NCBI GenBank assembly: GCA_964545895.1
Contig: CAZJHS010000003.1
Coordinates: 4,421 to 68,420, forward strand
Direction of reading: 5' to 3'
Origin: an uncultured Chitinophaga sp.
GTDB lineage: Bacteria > Bacteroidota > Bacteroidia > UKL13-3
Length of the DNA: 64,000 nucleotides
Shown here in pieces: positions 27,089 to 36,346 of this stretch (the stretch's first letter is position 1; every line of letters begins with the position of its first letter). The notes under the pieces were generated by a model. It saw only the letters and a program-made list of their open reading frames with translations, searched no databases and was not told the DNA's origin. Both the position numbers and the translations under genes were made by a program.

Positions 27089-27925
27089 ATGGCACTCGAT
27101 CAATTAGATGATGAATTTGTGGATCAGAAGGAAATGAGTTTCTTCGATCATATTGATGCATTTCGTGGGCACATTGTGCGTGCAGTTATTGCAGTTTTAG
27201 CACTTTCCATTATTGCATTCTTCAATAAATATTTACTGTTTGATGTAATCTTGTTTGGTCCAATTCATACCGATTTTTGGACCTACCAAGTTCTGTGCGA
27301 TTTATCTCATCAATTTACCAACAGCGATGAATTTTGCATCAAAGAAATGGGCTTTACGCTATCAAACATTAGCATGAGTGGCCAGTTTAGCGAGCATATT
27401 TTTATCTCGTTTATTTCAGGAATAATTTTGGCCTTTCCGTTTATTTTATGGGAAGTTTGGCGCTTTATTAAACCAGCACTTAGTGGTAAAGAAATTAAGT
27501 ATGCCCGTGGCTTAGTGTTTTTTAGCTCTATGCTATTTTTTATAGGCATTTTGTTTGGCTACTTTTTCCTTTCTCCTCTTTCCATAAATTTTTTGGGTTC
27601 GTATAAAGTTAGTGAGTTGGTAAGTAACGAAATCAACCTCGATTCATACGTATCGTTTATTGCTACTTTAACTTTTGCCACAGGCCTGGTGTTTGAAATG
27701 CCCATATTGGTTTACTTTTTAGCCAAAATTGGCATTTTAAGTAGCGGATGGATGCGTAAAAGCAGACGTTACGCCATTGTGGTTATTATGATTTTAGCCG
27801 CTGTACTAACACCATCGCCAGATATTGCAAGTATGGTACTGATGTTTATACCATTGTATAGCTTATACGAGGTAAGTATTTTAGTAGCAGCTAACGTAGA
27901 GCGAACAGAAAAACGTAAAAAATAA
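27089..27925 (+). CDS. tatC: Twin-arginine translocase subunit TatC
   Basis: 278 aa with 6 TM helices. It has FFDHIDAFRGHIV and typical TatC helices. Confidence 0.9.
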   Translation: MALDQLDDEFVDQKEMSFFDHIDAFRGHIVRAVIAVLALSIIAFFNKYLLFDVILFGPIHTDFWTYQVLCDLSHQFTNSDEFCIKEMGFTLSNISMSGQFSEHIFISFISGIILAFPFILWEVWRFIKPALSGKEIKYARGLVFFSSMLFFIGILFGYFFLSPLSINFLGSYKVSELVSNEINLDSYVSFIATLTFATGLVFEMPILVYFLAKIGILSSGWMRKSRRYAIVVIMILAAVLTPSPDIASMVLMFIPLYSLYEVSILVAANVERTEKRKK

Positions 27926-27950
27926 TTCACTTAAATAAAGCACGCATTTT

Positions 27951-28382
27951 ATGAAAATAGCAATTGGTGGCGACCACGCAGGTTTTACCTACAAACAAGA
28001 AATTATAACTATGCTTACCCAAGCTGGTCATGCGGTAAAAGATTTTGGACCATTTAGCGAAGCTTCGGTTGATTATCCGGATTTTGCACATCCTTTATCT
28101 ATCTCGGTTGAGAACGGAGAAAATGAATTAGGTATACTTATTTGTGGTAGCGGAAACGGAGTAGCATTAACGGCAAATAAACATCAAGGCATACGTGCTG
28201 CTTTATGTTGGCTTGATGAGTTAGGCGCATTAGCTCGTCAACACAACAATGCTAATGTATTGTGCTTACCAGCCCGCTTTATTTCGTTAGATTTAGCTAA
28301 GCAAATTACCAACACATTTATTGCTACACCTTTTGAAGGTGGCCGCCACGCAAACAGAGTAAATAAAATTAGCTGCTCATAA
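27951..28382 (+). CDS. rpiB: Ribose-5-phosphate isomerase B
   Basis: Motifs MKIAIGGDHAG, LICGSGNGV and GGRHANRV. Confidence 0.9.
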   Translation: MKIAIGGDHAGFTYKQEIITMLTQAGHAVKDFGPFSEASVDYPDFAHPLSISVENGENELGILICGSGNGVALTANKHQGIRAALCWLDELGALARQHNNANVLCLPARFISLDLAKQITNTFIATPFEGGRHANRVNKISCS

Positions 28383-28390
28383 CACGTAGT

Positions 28391-29299
28391 TTGAACACCG
28401 ATATACCCAACATACTCCAACAACTTTATCAAGGCGAAAAACGCGCCTTAGCTCGTTGCATAACCCTTGTTGAAAACGAGTGGGATGGGTACGAACAATT
28501 ATTACAGCAACTTTCGTTTACCAAAAACACTCCCGTTATTGGAATTACTGGCCCTCCTGGTGCGGGTAAAAGTACTTTAATTGGTGCATTAGCCGGGTAC
28601 ATTGCATCACTAGGAAAAAAACTAGCCATTATTGCTGTTGATCCCAGTTCGCCTTTTAATCGAGGAGCTTTAATGGGCGATAGGTTGCGCATGAGCGATC
28701 ACTACCTTAACCCTAATATTTTTATACGAAGCATGGCTAGCCGTGGCAGCTTGGGCGGACTTGCTCCCAAAATATTTGAAGTAGCTGATATTATTAAAGC
28801 CGCAGGTTTTGATTACATTATTATTGAAACCGTAGGCGTTGGACAAAGTGAAGTAGAAATTGCTGCTTTAGCCGATACAACTGTTTTGGCTTTAGTGCCC
28901 GAAGCTGGCGATGAAATTCAAACCATTAAAAGTGGGGTGATGGAAATTGCCGACATTTATGTACTTAATAAAGCCGATAGAGATGGCGCTCATACCTTTT
29001 TAAAAAACTTAACCTTATTGGCTCATACCAATGCACGCGAGGGTTGGGAAGCTCCCGTTATAAAAACAGTAGCAACCAAAAACGAAGGTTTAACAGAATT
29101 GTTAGCAGCCATTGAAAAACACCACACGCATGGCAGTAGCCAATTTAAAAAGGCGCATTTAATGGCCGAAAAAGCTATGATGCTGATTAAAAATTTACGC
29201 ACCAAGGATGTTTCCTTTACGGCTATTGAAGAAGAATTGCAGCAATTAATTACAGATAAAAACTTTAACCTCTATCAATATGTTTCTAAGTTTAGATAG
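28391..29299 (+). CDS. meaB: MeaB/ArgK-type GTPase (methylmalonyl-CoA mutase accessory)
   Basis: P-loop GITGPPGAGKSTL, plus ETVGVGQSE and NKAD. It has a TTG start, and there is no upstream ATG. Confidence 0.85.
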   Translation: MNTDIPNILQQLYQGEKRALARCITLVENEWDGYEQLLQQLSFTKNTPVIGITGPPGAGKSTLIGALAGYIASLGKKLAIIAVDPSSPFNRGALMGDRLRMSDHYLNPNIFIRSMASRGSLGGLAPKIFEVADIIKAAGFDYIIIETVGVGQSEVEIAALADTTVLALVPEAGDEIQTIKSGVMEIADIYVLNKADRDGAHTFLKNLTLLAHTNAREGWEAPVIKTVATKNEGLTELLAAIEKHHTHGSSQFKKAHLMAEKAMMLIKNLRTKDVSFTAIEEELQQLITDKNFNLYQYVSKFR

Positions 29300-29335
29300 G
29301 TTGGTTTTTAGCACCAACTGTTAATTAAAACAATC

Positions 29336-29911
29336 ATGAATATTTGTATCATATCAGGTTCGGCTAGGGCTAATAACAATACCATACGCGTTGCAAAAGC
29401 CATACAAAACCATTTACAAGCAGCACAACACCAAGTTAGTTTAGTTGATTTTCAGCAATACGATATTCCTTTAATTAACCAAGGCGAAGTAAGTGCCGAA
29501 TTGTTTACACCATTTCAGCAAAACCTAGCCAATTGCACGCAAGCAGCGCATGCTGTAATTATAATAACACCAGAATACAACTGGAGTACTACCCCCGAGA
29601 TTTTAAACTGGCTACACCGTTTTGGCGATAGAAAATTTGCCAATCAATTTAACGAAAAAGTATTTGCCACTGTTGGTGTATCAACAGGCAAAGGAGGCAA
29701 AGCTCCTGCAATTCATTTGCACAGCATACTCAATAAAATCATCAGTTTTACAGATTTAAACAGCGTTGTTTCTCCTAAAATTTTCGAATCTCATTTTACC
29801 AAAGAGGTATTGGATGAAAGTGGCAACTCGCTTGGAAACCCCATGTTTGATGCCGGCCTAAACGATTTTATACAATATACCTTGCGTGTAACCCAAAGGT
29901 GGATGAGGTAA
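29336..29911 (+). CDS. NADPH-dependent FMN reductase family protein
   Basis: 191 aa with ICIISGSARANNNT and ITPEYNWS motifs. Confidence 0.75.
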   Translation: MNICIISGSARANNNTIRVAKAIQNHLQAAQHQVSLVDFQQYDIPLINQGEVSAELFTPFQQNLANCTQAAHAVIIITPEYNWSTTPEILNWLHRFGDRKFANQFNEKVFATVGVSTGKGGKAPAIHLHSILNKIISFTDLNSVVSPKIFESHFTKEVLDESGNSLGNPMFDAGLNDFIQYTLRVTQRWMR

Positions 29912-29943
29912 ATTTGTATATTGCATTACCTTTTAATTGATGT

Positions 29944-31152
29944 ATGATTCGTACCCGACTAATTTTATTCTTATTCCACATTTTCTCAATTAATTATTTA
30001 TCTGCCCAAGTTCTAACGGTAGATCAAGACAGTATAATCAGGGAAACATTAAAAATCCATTTAGGCAAGTTTGGCCAAGAGGTTACTTTAAACCAAGGAG
30101 CTAACAGCTTTTTCTATCTCAATAAAGATACCTTCTTTAACCCGGTAGGTTTACATTACGTTTTTAAATTACATAACGGAAAAGCAACTCGAATCGACCA
30201 CTCCTATTATCACGGTGGAAATTTCGAGAGATATTGCTTTACATTTAAAAACAATGTTCATCTCATTGGCGGCTACGGCCTTTTCACAACCAATAACAAT
30301 ATTGAAACATTTGACTTTGCCACCCAAGAGTGGAACTTTGTAAAAAGCAGTGGTTCAAAACCTAATTTTATTCGAGGCTTGATTATTAGAGATAAAGACA
30401 ACCTTTACTCCATATATAACTCCAAATCAGGTAACAATGCCGAACCAGACGAATACGATAATACTTTATATAAACTTGATTTAAACACTTTCACTTGGTC
30501 GAAAACCAAAAACCTCAATCCTCAAAAACCTGACCTAAAAAACAAATACTACCTAAAAAACTTTACAGTTGGAATTCTTGATAATCAAGTAATGATTGTT
30601 AGTAACGATGAGCTAAAGTATTTGATATTAGGAAAGGAAGACCTACGTCTTACTCCTGAAATTATTGATTTAGAATGCTCAGAAAATTATATTTTTTTCC
30701 CTTCGAACAATACACAAATTCAAACCAAAAAAGTATTAAAAATTGACATTGAACAAATCTGGAACAAACATAGTGTAGATGCTCAAAAACTTATTTTAAA
30801 CCCCACATTATCTGACTACATTGTTTTTTATTGGATTGAGATTTTAGTTTCGATTGTAGGCTTAGTTCTTTTTTGTTTAACCATATTAATTTGGATAAAA
30901 TCAAAGAAAAATGTGAGCGTAAAAACTGTTGCTAAACATGTACTTTACGAAAGGTTTTTGAACGTGGGTAAAAACCAACTTGATATTGACGAGCTTGATT
31001 CTGTTTTAAATATTCAACACATGGAGACAGAAAGTAGGAAGCTAAAACGACACAGATTACTTTCAGAAATAAAGCAAATACACCCTAACCTAATTACAAC
31101 AGAAAAAGACGAAACTGATAAAAGAAGAAACATTTATAAAATCAACCCTTAG
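29944..31152 (+). CDS. Membrane-anchored protein: signal peptide, Kelch-like exodomain, one TM helix, basic cytoplasmic tail
   Basis: 402 aa. It has Kelch-like HLIGGYG...FDFATQEW, a TM helix (IVFYWIEILVSIVGLVLFCLTILIWI) and a tail LDIDELDSVLNI...RKLKRHRLLSEIK...DKRRNIYKI. It looks AT-rich. Confidence 0.6.
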   Translation: MIRTRLILFLFHIFSINYLSAQVLTVDQDSIIRETLKIHLGKFGQEVTLNQGANSFFYLNKDTFFNPVGLHYVFKLHNGKATRIDHSYYHGGNFERYCFTFKNNVHLIGGYGLFTTNNNIETFDFATQEWNFVKSSGSKPNFIRGLIIRDKDNLYSIYNSKSGNNAEPDEYDNTLYKLDLNTFTWSKTKNLNPQKPDLKNKYYLKNFTVGILDNQVMIVSNDELKYLILGKEDLRLTPEIIDLECSENYIFFPSNNTQIQTKKVLKIDIEQIWNKHSVDAQKLILNPTLSDYIVFYWIEILVSIVGLVLFCLTILIWIKSKKNVSVKTVAKHVLYERFLNVGKNQLDIDELDSVLNIQHMETESRKLKRHRLLSEIKQIHPNLITTEKDETDKRRNIYKINP

Positions 31153-31249
31153 CTAACTGTTTATCTATCAGAACTGAAACTGGTTTAAACCTATTTGAAA
31201 CCATTGTTTTTAAATAGTCGTACTTCATTTGCATCAACAAAAAACGCAT

Positions 31250-31480
31250 ATGAAAAGAGCCGAACGACTTTTTGCGATTTACAAACTTCTAAAAGTAAAA
31301 TCGCGTACCATTCAGCAATTGTTGTTGCATTTTAAAAACAACGGGGTTGAAGTAAGTGAGCGACAATTACAACGTGATGTAAATGCATTAGCAGAGCTTG
31401 TTAATGATAAGCATGAAACTATGGTTGTTGAAACACAAACCAACAATAAAAAAATTTACGCTATTTCAGTTCGACACTAA
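31250..31480 (+). CDS. Short HTH protein (N-terminal domain of YafY/DeoR-like regulators, no WYL domain)
   Basis: KRAERLFAIYKLLKVKSRTIQQLLLHFKNNGVEVSERQLQRDVNAL. I prefer the ATG at 31250. Confidence 0.55.
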   Translation: MKRAERLFAIYKLLKVKSRTIQQLLLHFKNNGVEVSERQLQRDVNALAELVNDKHETMVVETQTNNKKIYAISVRH

Positions 31481-31510
31481 TTGTCGGTTTGCCTTTTTAT
31501 ATTTGTTAAA

Positions 31511-31858
31511 ATGGAATTAAACGAATTGATGGTAATAATTGAAAACTATCCGATAGCAAAAGTTTTGCATACTACACAGAACGGTAGTGAATACACCTTT
31601 CAAGGATTAGCAATCAGTAGAGGTTCGAATGCCATTAAATATTTTATTCCAACAAGGAACGGAAATGGAAACAACGCCAAACGAGTAATTATAAATGAGC
31701 TACTTTTATACATAAACGAATATCTAAATACGGGCCAACATCCAAATAGCTTTTGGATTAACAATAATCTAATCAATGCAAAAAAAGATGGAGGTTGCAA
31801 CATTTGTGTCATCAGAAAATTAGCATCAGAGATAATCTACAATCACATCAACTTATGA
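31511..31858 (+). CDS. Hypothetical protein
   Basis: About 115 aa from the ATG at 31511. Its stop overlaps the start of the next gene (ATGA at 31855-31858). Confidence 0.45.
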   Translation: MELNELMVIIENYPIAKVLHTTQNGSEYTFQGLAISRGSNAIKYFIPTRNGNGNNAKRVIINELLLYINEYLNTGQHPNSFWINNNLINAKKDGGCNICVIRKLASEIIYNHINL

Positions 31859-33135
31859 AATCAAAAATTATATTTTTAGTGTTATTACTTTTAAGAAGTA
31901 AATTAGTATTCACACAAAACCTTCCAACTTACCTTCCTGCTAATGGTCTAGTTGGCTGGTGGCCATTATCAGGAAACGCTATTGACAGCAGCGGGAATAC
32001 AAACAACGGTTCAACTTATAATGTATCTTTTGGAAATGATAGATTTGGAACACCTAACAAAGCAGCTTATTTTAATGGCTCGAGTAGCTACATTGAGGTA
32101 CCTAACTCCTCAAGTTTATCTTTGAGTAGTGCCTATTCAATTTCACTTTGGTTTAAGGCTGCACAATGGTCTTTTCTGTCTCCAATTGATGAACACGCAC
32201 TTGTTTCAAAAATTGTAGATGGGAATTGGTATGGTGGTTACGAGATTAGACAAGGCGGTACTGCAGGAGGAGTGCATCATACCGGAAATATAAATGGAAA
32301 TTTTTATATAGGGGCTATTGGTGCTGATACAGGAATCTGGTATAATGTAATAACAACATTCAATGGTAATACTGTTAAATTTTACTTGAATGGAATATTA
32401 AGAGACTCTATATATTCTCCGGGTAATATTCAGACTAGTACAACTCCTTTGAGGTTTGGAAGAAGAGGAGGGGCTGGTTATTACAATTGTTGGTACAACG
32501 GTTTGATTGATGACGTAGCAATATGGAATAGAGCACTCTCATCACAAGAGATTCAATCCCTAAACTCAGGTTCTACACTCCCTGTTTCGTTTAACTTATT
32601 TAAAGTAAATGAAGTAGGTAATAAACCGAGATTAGACTGGACAACTGCTTCAGAATACAACAACAGAGGATTTTACGTTGAAAGGTCTCTAGATTCGGAA
32701 CACTGGAATAATATTGCATTTATACAAGGTAAAGGGAATAGTAACACGACTTCTAATTACTCATTTATTGATAATACAATTCAAATTGAGGAAGCTAAAA
32801 CAATTTATTACAGACTCTTACAAATAGATATAGATGGGAAAAAAGAATACTCAAAAATAGTTAGTTTTATTCCAAATCCTTCACAAACAGTTTCAGTTTC
32901 ACCAAACCCATTTAAAGACGTAATATCACTAGAAGGTGACTTTGCATCAAACGAGCTATTGAGTTTTTGCATATCAGAAATGGCTGGTCATGAAAATTTC
33001 TGTCACAACATTAATATCTCGCATCCAACAAAAAGAATTGATATTCCGGGTTTATCAGAATTGCCTCCTGGGGTTTATATACTGAGTATTAAAACCTCAT
33101 CATCAAGTTTCGTACACAAAATTATAAAACTATGA
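31855..33135 (+). CDS. LamG/concanavalin-like domain protein with a T9SS C-terminal sorting domain
   Basis: It has a signal peptide from the ATG at 31855. LamG-like features are LVGWWPLSGNAIDSSGN...YFNGSSSYIEVP...DDVAIWNRALSSQEI. The CTD is VSVSPNPFKD...GVYILSIKTSSSSFVHKIIKL. Confidence 0.8.
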   Translation: MKSKIIFLVLLLLRSKLVFTQNLPTYLPANGLVGWWPLSGNAIDSSGNTNNGSTYNVSFGNDRFGTPNKAAYFNGSSSYIEVPNSSSLSLSSAYSISLWFKAAQWSFLSPIDEHALVSKIVDGNWYGGYEIRQGGTAGGVHHTGNINGNFYIGAIGADTGIWYNVITTFNGNTVKFYLNGILRDSIYSPGNIQTSTTPLRFGRRGGAGYYNCWYNGLIDDVAIWNRALSSQEIQSLNSGSTLPVSFNLFKVNEVGNKPRLDWTTASEYNNRGFYVERSLDSEHWNNIAFIQGKGNSNTTSNYSFIDNTIQIEEAKTIYYRLLQIDIDGKKEYSKIVSFIPNPSQTVSVSPNPFKDVISLEGDFASNELLSFCISEMAGHENFCHNINISHPTKRIDIPGLSELPPGVYILSIKTSSSSFVHKIIKL

Positions 33136-33178
33136 TACTAGTTGATATTCTAGACAAATACATAAAACAATAATTACA

Positions 33179-33658
33179 ATGAAACCAAGAACGAACCCAA
33201 ACAAATTTGTATTCTATTTAACACTGATATTTCTAATATCAAGTTGCAACCCAACCATAGACTCAACCTCGGGCTACTCGCCAGATTTTAGTTCAAATGA
33301 GGGTATTAAGAACCACATAAGTCACAAAACATGGAGTATCTGGGGTGGAAGTTTAACGTTCACCAAAAACAACTCTTGCAACTTTACTAGATTAGATAAA
33401 AGAAGTGGTCAGCAAGAATGGAATATCAACGGAAAGTACGTTGTTGGAAGGTCAAGATTTAAAGATTCGGGTGATGAGTTTCTGTATGTAAGTATAGATT
33501 GGGATACTAAAGGAATAATCAATGATTTTTACACAATTTATACTGACCACCTCGTTGAACAGAGTGGAGAGTGGATAAGATTTGATAATCATGGACCATT
33601 ATTAGATGCTTGGAGAAGCGAGGGTGGCTTAGTGAATGATCAATACAAAGCTTATTAA
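33179..33658 (+). CDS. Lipoprotein, hypothetical
   Basis: 159 aa with lipobox LISSCN. Confidence 0.55.
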   Translation: MKPRTNPNKFVFYLTLIFLISSCNPTIDSTSGYSPDFSSNEGIKNHISHKTWSIWGGSLTFTKNNSCNFTRLDKRSGQQEWNINGKYVVGRSRFKDSGDEFLYVSIDWDTKGIINDFYTIYTDHLVEQSGEWIRFDNHGPLLDAWRSEGGLVNDQYKAY

Positions 33659-33806
33659 AAAGAAAAATCAGAGGCCAATTGACCACTATATTTTAAGTTT
33701 ACATTCTCTCAATACTTACTCAAGTGAACTTGACATGAAGTGAGCTTAAAAGACTCTGCATTTGCAAATCTTCGCATTTACTAATTTCCACATCAACAAA
33801 TCGTCA

Positions 33807-34178
33807 CTACCACTTTTTAAATATCACAAATACGGCTAGTACAATAAGTGCAAATCCTAAAATATGATTCCACTGCAAGGTTCCTTCTTTAAACACGTAA
33901 ATATTTACCACTATAAATACCAATATGCTAATGGCCTCTTGCAAGGTTTTTAGTTCAAACAAATTAAATGGTCCACCATGTTCAATATGCCCAATTCTGT
34001 TGGCTGGCACCTGAAACATGTATTCAAATAAGGCAATAAACCAGCTAATTAATATAATACCTATCAAACCAGTGGCTTTAAGCCAACTAATTTTCTGAAA
34101 CTGTAAATGTCCGTACCAGGCAAATGTCATAAACAAGTTGGATGCAAGAAGTAATCCTATGGTGTATAGCGGCTTCAT
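33807..34178 (-). CDS. DMT-superfamily small membrane protein (DUF486-like)
   Basis: MKPLYTIGLLLASNLFMTFAWYGHLQF from the ATG at 34178, with 4 TM helices. Confidence 0.7.
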   Translation of the reverse strand: MKPLYTIGLLLASNLFMTFAWYGHLQFQKISWLKATGLIGIILISWFIALFEYMFQVPANRIGHIEHGGPFNLFELKTLQEAISILVFIVVNIYVFKEGTLQWNHILGFALIVLAVFVIFKKW

Positions 34179-34267
34179 TTTAAACTTTTTAACGGTTATG
34201 CGAAGTAAATTTTTTAAAACCCAATCAAAAAATGTAGTTTCGCACATTATAACATTTTTATTAAGAG

Positions 34268-34615
34268 ATGAAGCAACAAATTGATGCGATAAAGAAAACA
34301 CTTGCAACTGAAGGTTTTGGCGACAAAATTATTGGTCAGTTAAAAGATTTACGTGAGTGGTTTAAAGCAAATCGTAATGAGCCGGGTTATGTAAAAATGA
34401 TTCGCCTTGCCTACGAGAACATAGAAGAAAATAACGATTACACGTTTATTTACTTGGAAGAAGAAGACGGAAAAGCCAACTTTGATTATTTAATGGATTT
34501 GCTTGGCGATTACGACAACAAATACAACAAAGAAGAGTTACAAGACATTAAAAACTTAATGTTAGGCATTGAGCCAACCGAAGAAACCGAAGAGGTAGAA
34601 GAAACTCAAGAATAA
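34268..34615 (+). CDS. Acidic hypothetical protein
   Basis: 115-aa ORF with an acidic C-terminus, followed by a strong hairpin. Confidence 0.5.
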   Translation: MKQQIDAIKKTLATEGFGDKIIGQLKDLREWFKANRNEPGYVKMIRLAYENIEENNDYTFIYLEEEDGKANFDYLMDLLGDYDNKYNKEELQDIKNLMLGIEPTEETEEVEETQE

Positions 34616-34624
34616 TTTTTTTTG

Positions 34625-34662
34625 AAAAACCGTCCCGAAATAACTTTGGGACGGTTTTTTTT
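34625..34662. terminator. Bidirectional rho-independent terminator
   Basis: aaaaaccgtccc...gggacggttttttt, with an A-run and a T-run on either side, between convergent genes. Confidence 0.75.
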
Positions 34663-34668
34663 ATGCCC

Positions 34669-35664
34669 TTACTTTAGCTGATTAAGTAACGTTTGTGCCT
34701 TTATTTTTAGCACACCCTTTAGCTGCACAATTCTATTTAAATACAGCTTAGCTGTTGGTATATCTTTTTTACTTAGGTGGCATTGTGCCGCCAACCAAAG
34801 CCCTTGCTCGTAACCAGTATTGGCGCTATTTAACAGCTTCGGTTCAATAATCATTAAGCAGCTGTCTGCCAAATTACGCGCATACAATTGGTTTGCCACA
34901 TTTAACCAAGTGGTATCTGTACTTACCTCCAATACCTGATTAGCTGCATTGTTTAAATTATTATTGGTTACCGCATTATAAGCCGAAGGATAAGGAGCGC
35001 TTGGCTTTTTACTGCTTAGTGCTTTACTTTTAGCTTCCTGCACTTGGCGTGCAGGTATAGCAACAACTGCCTCTTTTTCGCTTGCATCAGTAACAACTGC
35101 TAATTTCTCTTCGCTTTTCGCAACCTCAACTTTGCTTTTATCTGTTTCTATTTGATGTTCGTCAGAAGCCATAACAGTTACTGGCTGAGGTGGTAAAATG
35201 GGTTGGGTTGATGAAGCTGCTGCTGAACGCTTATTAACTTTTTTACTGGTGGCCAAAGCCAAACTTTTTTGATTAGGCAACTTACTATCTGTAGGTTTAA
35301 CTGAATCAATAATTGCAACAGGTTGTTGGGCTTTGTTTTCTTGTGCTATTTGTGCGTTTGGCACATCTTGTTTATACAATAATGTTAATCCAAGTACAGC
35401 CAATAAAGTTGCAGCAACAGCCATATACCAATAATTTAGTTTAACCACTTTAGCACCAACAGAAACATCAACAGCTGTATTAATTTTAGCAACATGGGTG
35501 GTTAATGTTGCATGGTTTTGCATTAAATCAATACCCAATTTTATGTCGGCACAAAGCTCACAGCCATCAACATGCTGTTGCAACGCAAGCTTTTGGGCAG
35601 CGCTCAACTGTTGGTTAGCGTATCGCTCCCAAACCGTATTAGTTATGCATGTTGTTGTATCCAT
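34669..35664 (-). CDS. Anti-sigma factor (zf-HC2-like N-terminus, one TM, TPR-like C-terminus)
   Basis: It has HVDGCELCAD and the TM helix YWYMAVAATLLAVLGLTLLY. It overlaps the sigma gene by 22 nt. Confidence 0.6.
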   Translation of the reverse strand: MDTTTCITNTVWERYANQQLSAAQKLALQQHVDGCELCADIKLGIDLMQNHATLTTHVAKINTAVDVSVGAKVVKLNYWYMAVAATLLAVLGLTLLYKQDVPNAQIAQENKAQQPVAIIDSVKPTDSKLPNQKSLALATSKKVNKRSAAASSTQPILPPQPVTVMASDEHQIETDKSKVEVAKSEEKLAVVTDASEKEAVVAIPARQVQEAKSKALSSKKPSAPYPSAYNAVTNNNLNNAANQVLEVSTDTTWLNVANQLYARNLADSCLMIIEPKLLNSANTGYEQGLWLAAQCHLSKKDIPTAKLYLNRIVQLKGVLKIKAQTLLNQLK

Positions 35665-36263
35665 AAAAATAATATTAAGCCCAAACTAATTCCTTGTTGT
35701 GCTAGCACTTGTTTTAAATTGCGTTTGCCATTTTGCAAATAGCTTTTCACTTCATTAATACTATACCCTGTTTTTGCACTTATCTCTTCATACGACATTA
35801 GTTTTAAATAAAACAACTCAACACATAAACGTTGCTTTTGATTGAGTTGTAAAATAGCTTGTTCTAATGCCACTAACTTTTCCTCTTTATCGTGTTGTAC
35901 TTCTGCTTGATGCAAATCGGGGATGTTTTGCATAAAATCATCTTCACTTTCTTCAGTATTTAACTGCACTATCAGATTTAATGCAGGTTTGCGCAACTCC
36001 ATAAAACAATAATTGCGGCACACACTATGTAACCAACTTTTAAAGTTTTTAATGTTGTGTTGTTTTAAATCGGTAAACAGTTTTTCAAAAATGTTCATCA
36101 CTGCATCGTGCGCTGCATCTTCGTTTTTAAGGTACTTAACACATACAGCAAAACACATCAGCGAGTGCCGCTTAAACAACTCGCCAACCAATGCTTTATG
36201 CCCTTCGGCTTGGTAAGCAATTACCAGTTCTTCATCGGTACGTATGTGTATGGCATTTAACAT
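35643..36263 (-). CDS. Sigma-70 family (ECF-like) RNA polymerase sigma factor
   Basis: It has region 2 (HDAVMNIFEKLF) and region 4 (LFYLKLMSYEEISAKTGYSINEVKSYLQNGKRNL). Confidence 0.8.
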   Translation of the reverse strand: MLNAIHIRTDEELVIAYQAEGHKALVGELFKRHSLMCFAVCVKYLKNEDAAHDAVMNIFEKLFTDLKQHNIKNFKSWLHSVCRNYCFMELRKPALNLIVQLNTEESEDDFMQNIPDLHQAEVQHDKEEKLVALEQAILQLNQKQRLCVELFYLKLMSYEEISAKTGYSINEVKSYLQNGKRNLKQVLAQQGISLGLILFLWIQQHA

Positions 36264-36346
36264 TTATGCAGCAATCTAAAATATTTTTAAAAAGTTTTAT
36301 GGAATAATGTGTGGCCATGCATCAATACCCCAAAACTTAAACAGAT

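Noticed and set aside
31478-31480. The HTH ORF (31229-31480) and the next ORF (31481-31858) are in the same frame, separated by one TAA, so this could be a nonsense-interrupted single gene
   Set aside because: The sequence right after the stop (LSVCLFIFVK) is hydrophobic and does not resemble a YafY linker or WYL domain. A good ATG at 31511 starts an independent ORF. I cannot exclude a pseudogene without homolog comparison.
31622-31630. ggttcgaat, resembling a tRNA T-loop
   Set aside because: It lies inside a coding frame, and I could not build acceptor, anticodon or D-arm pairings around it. I found no tRNA elsewhere in the intergenic regions.
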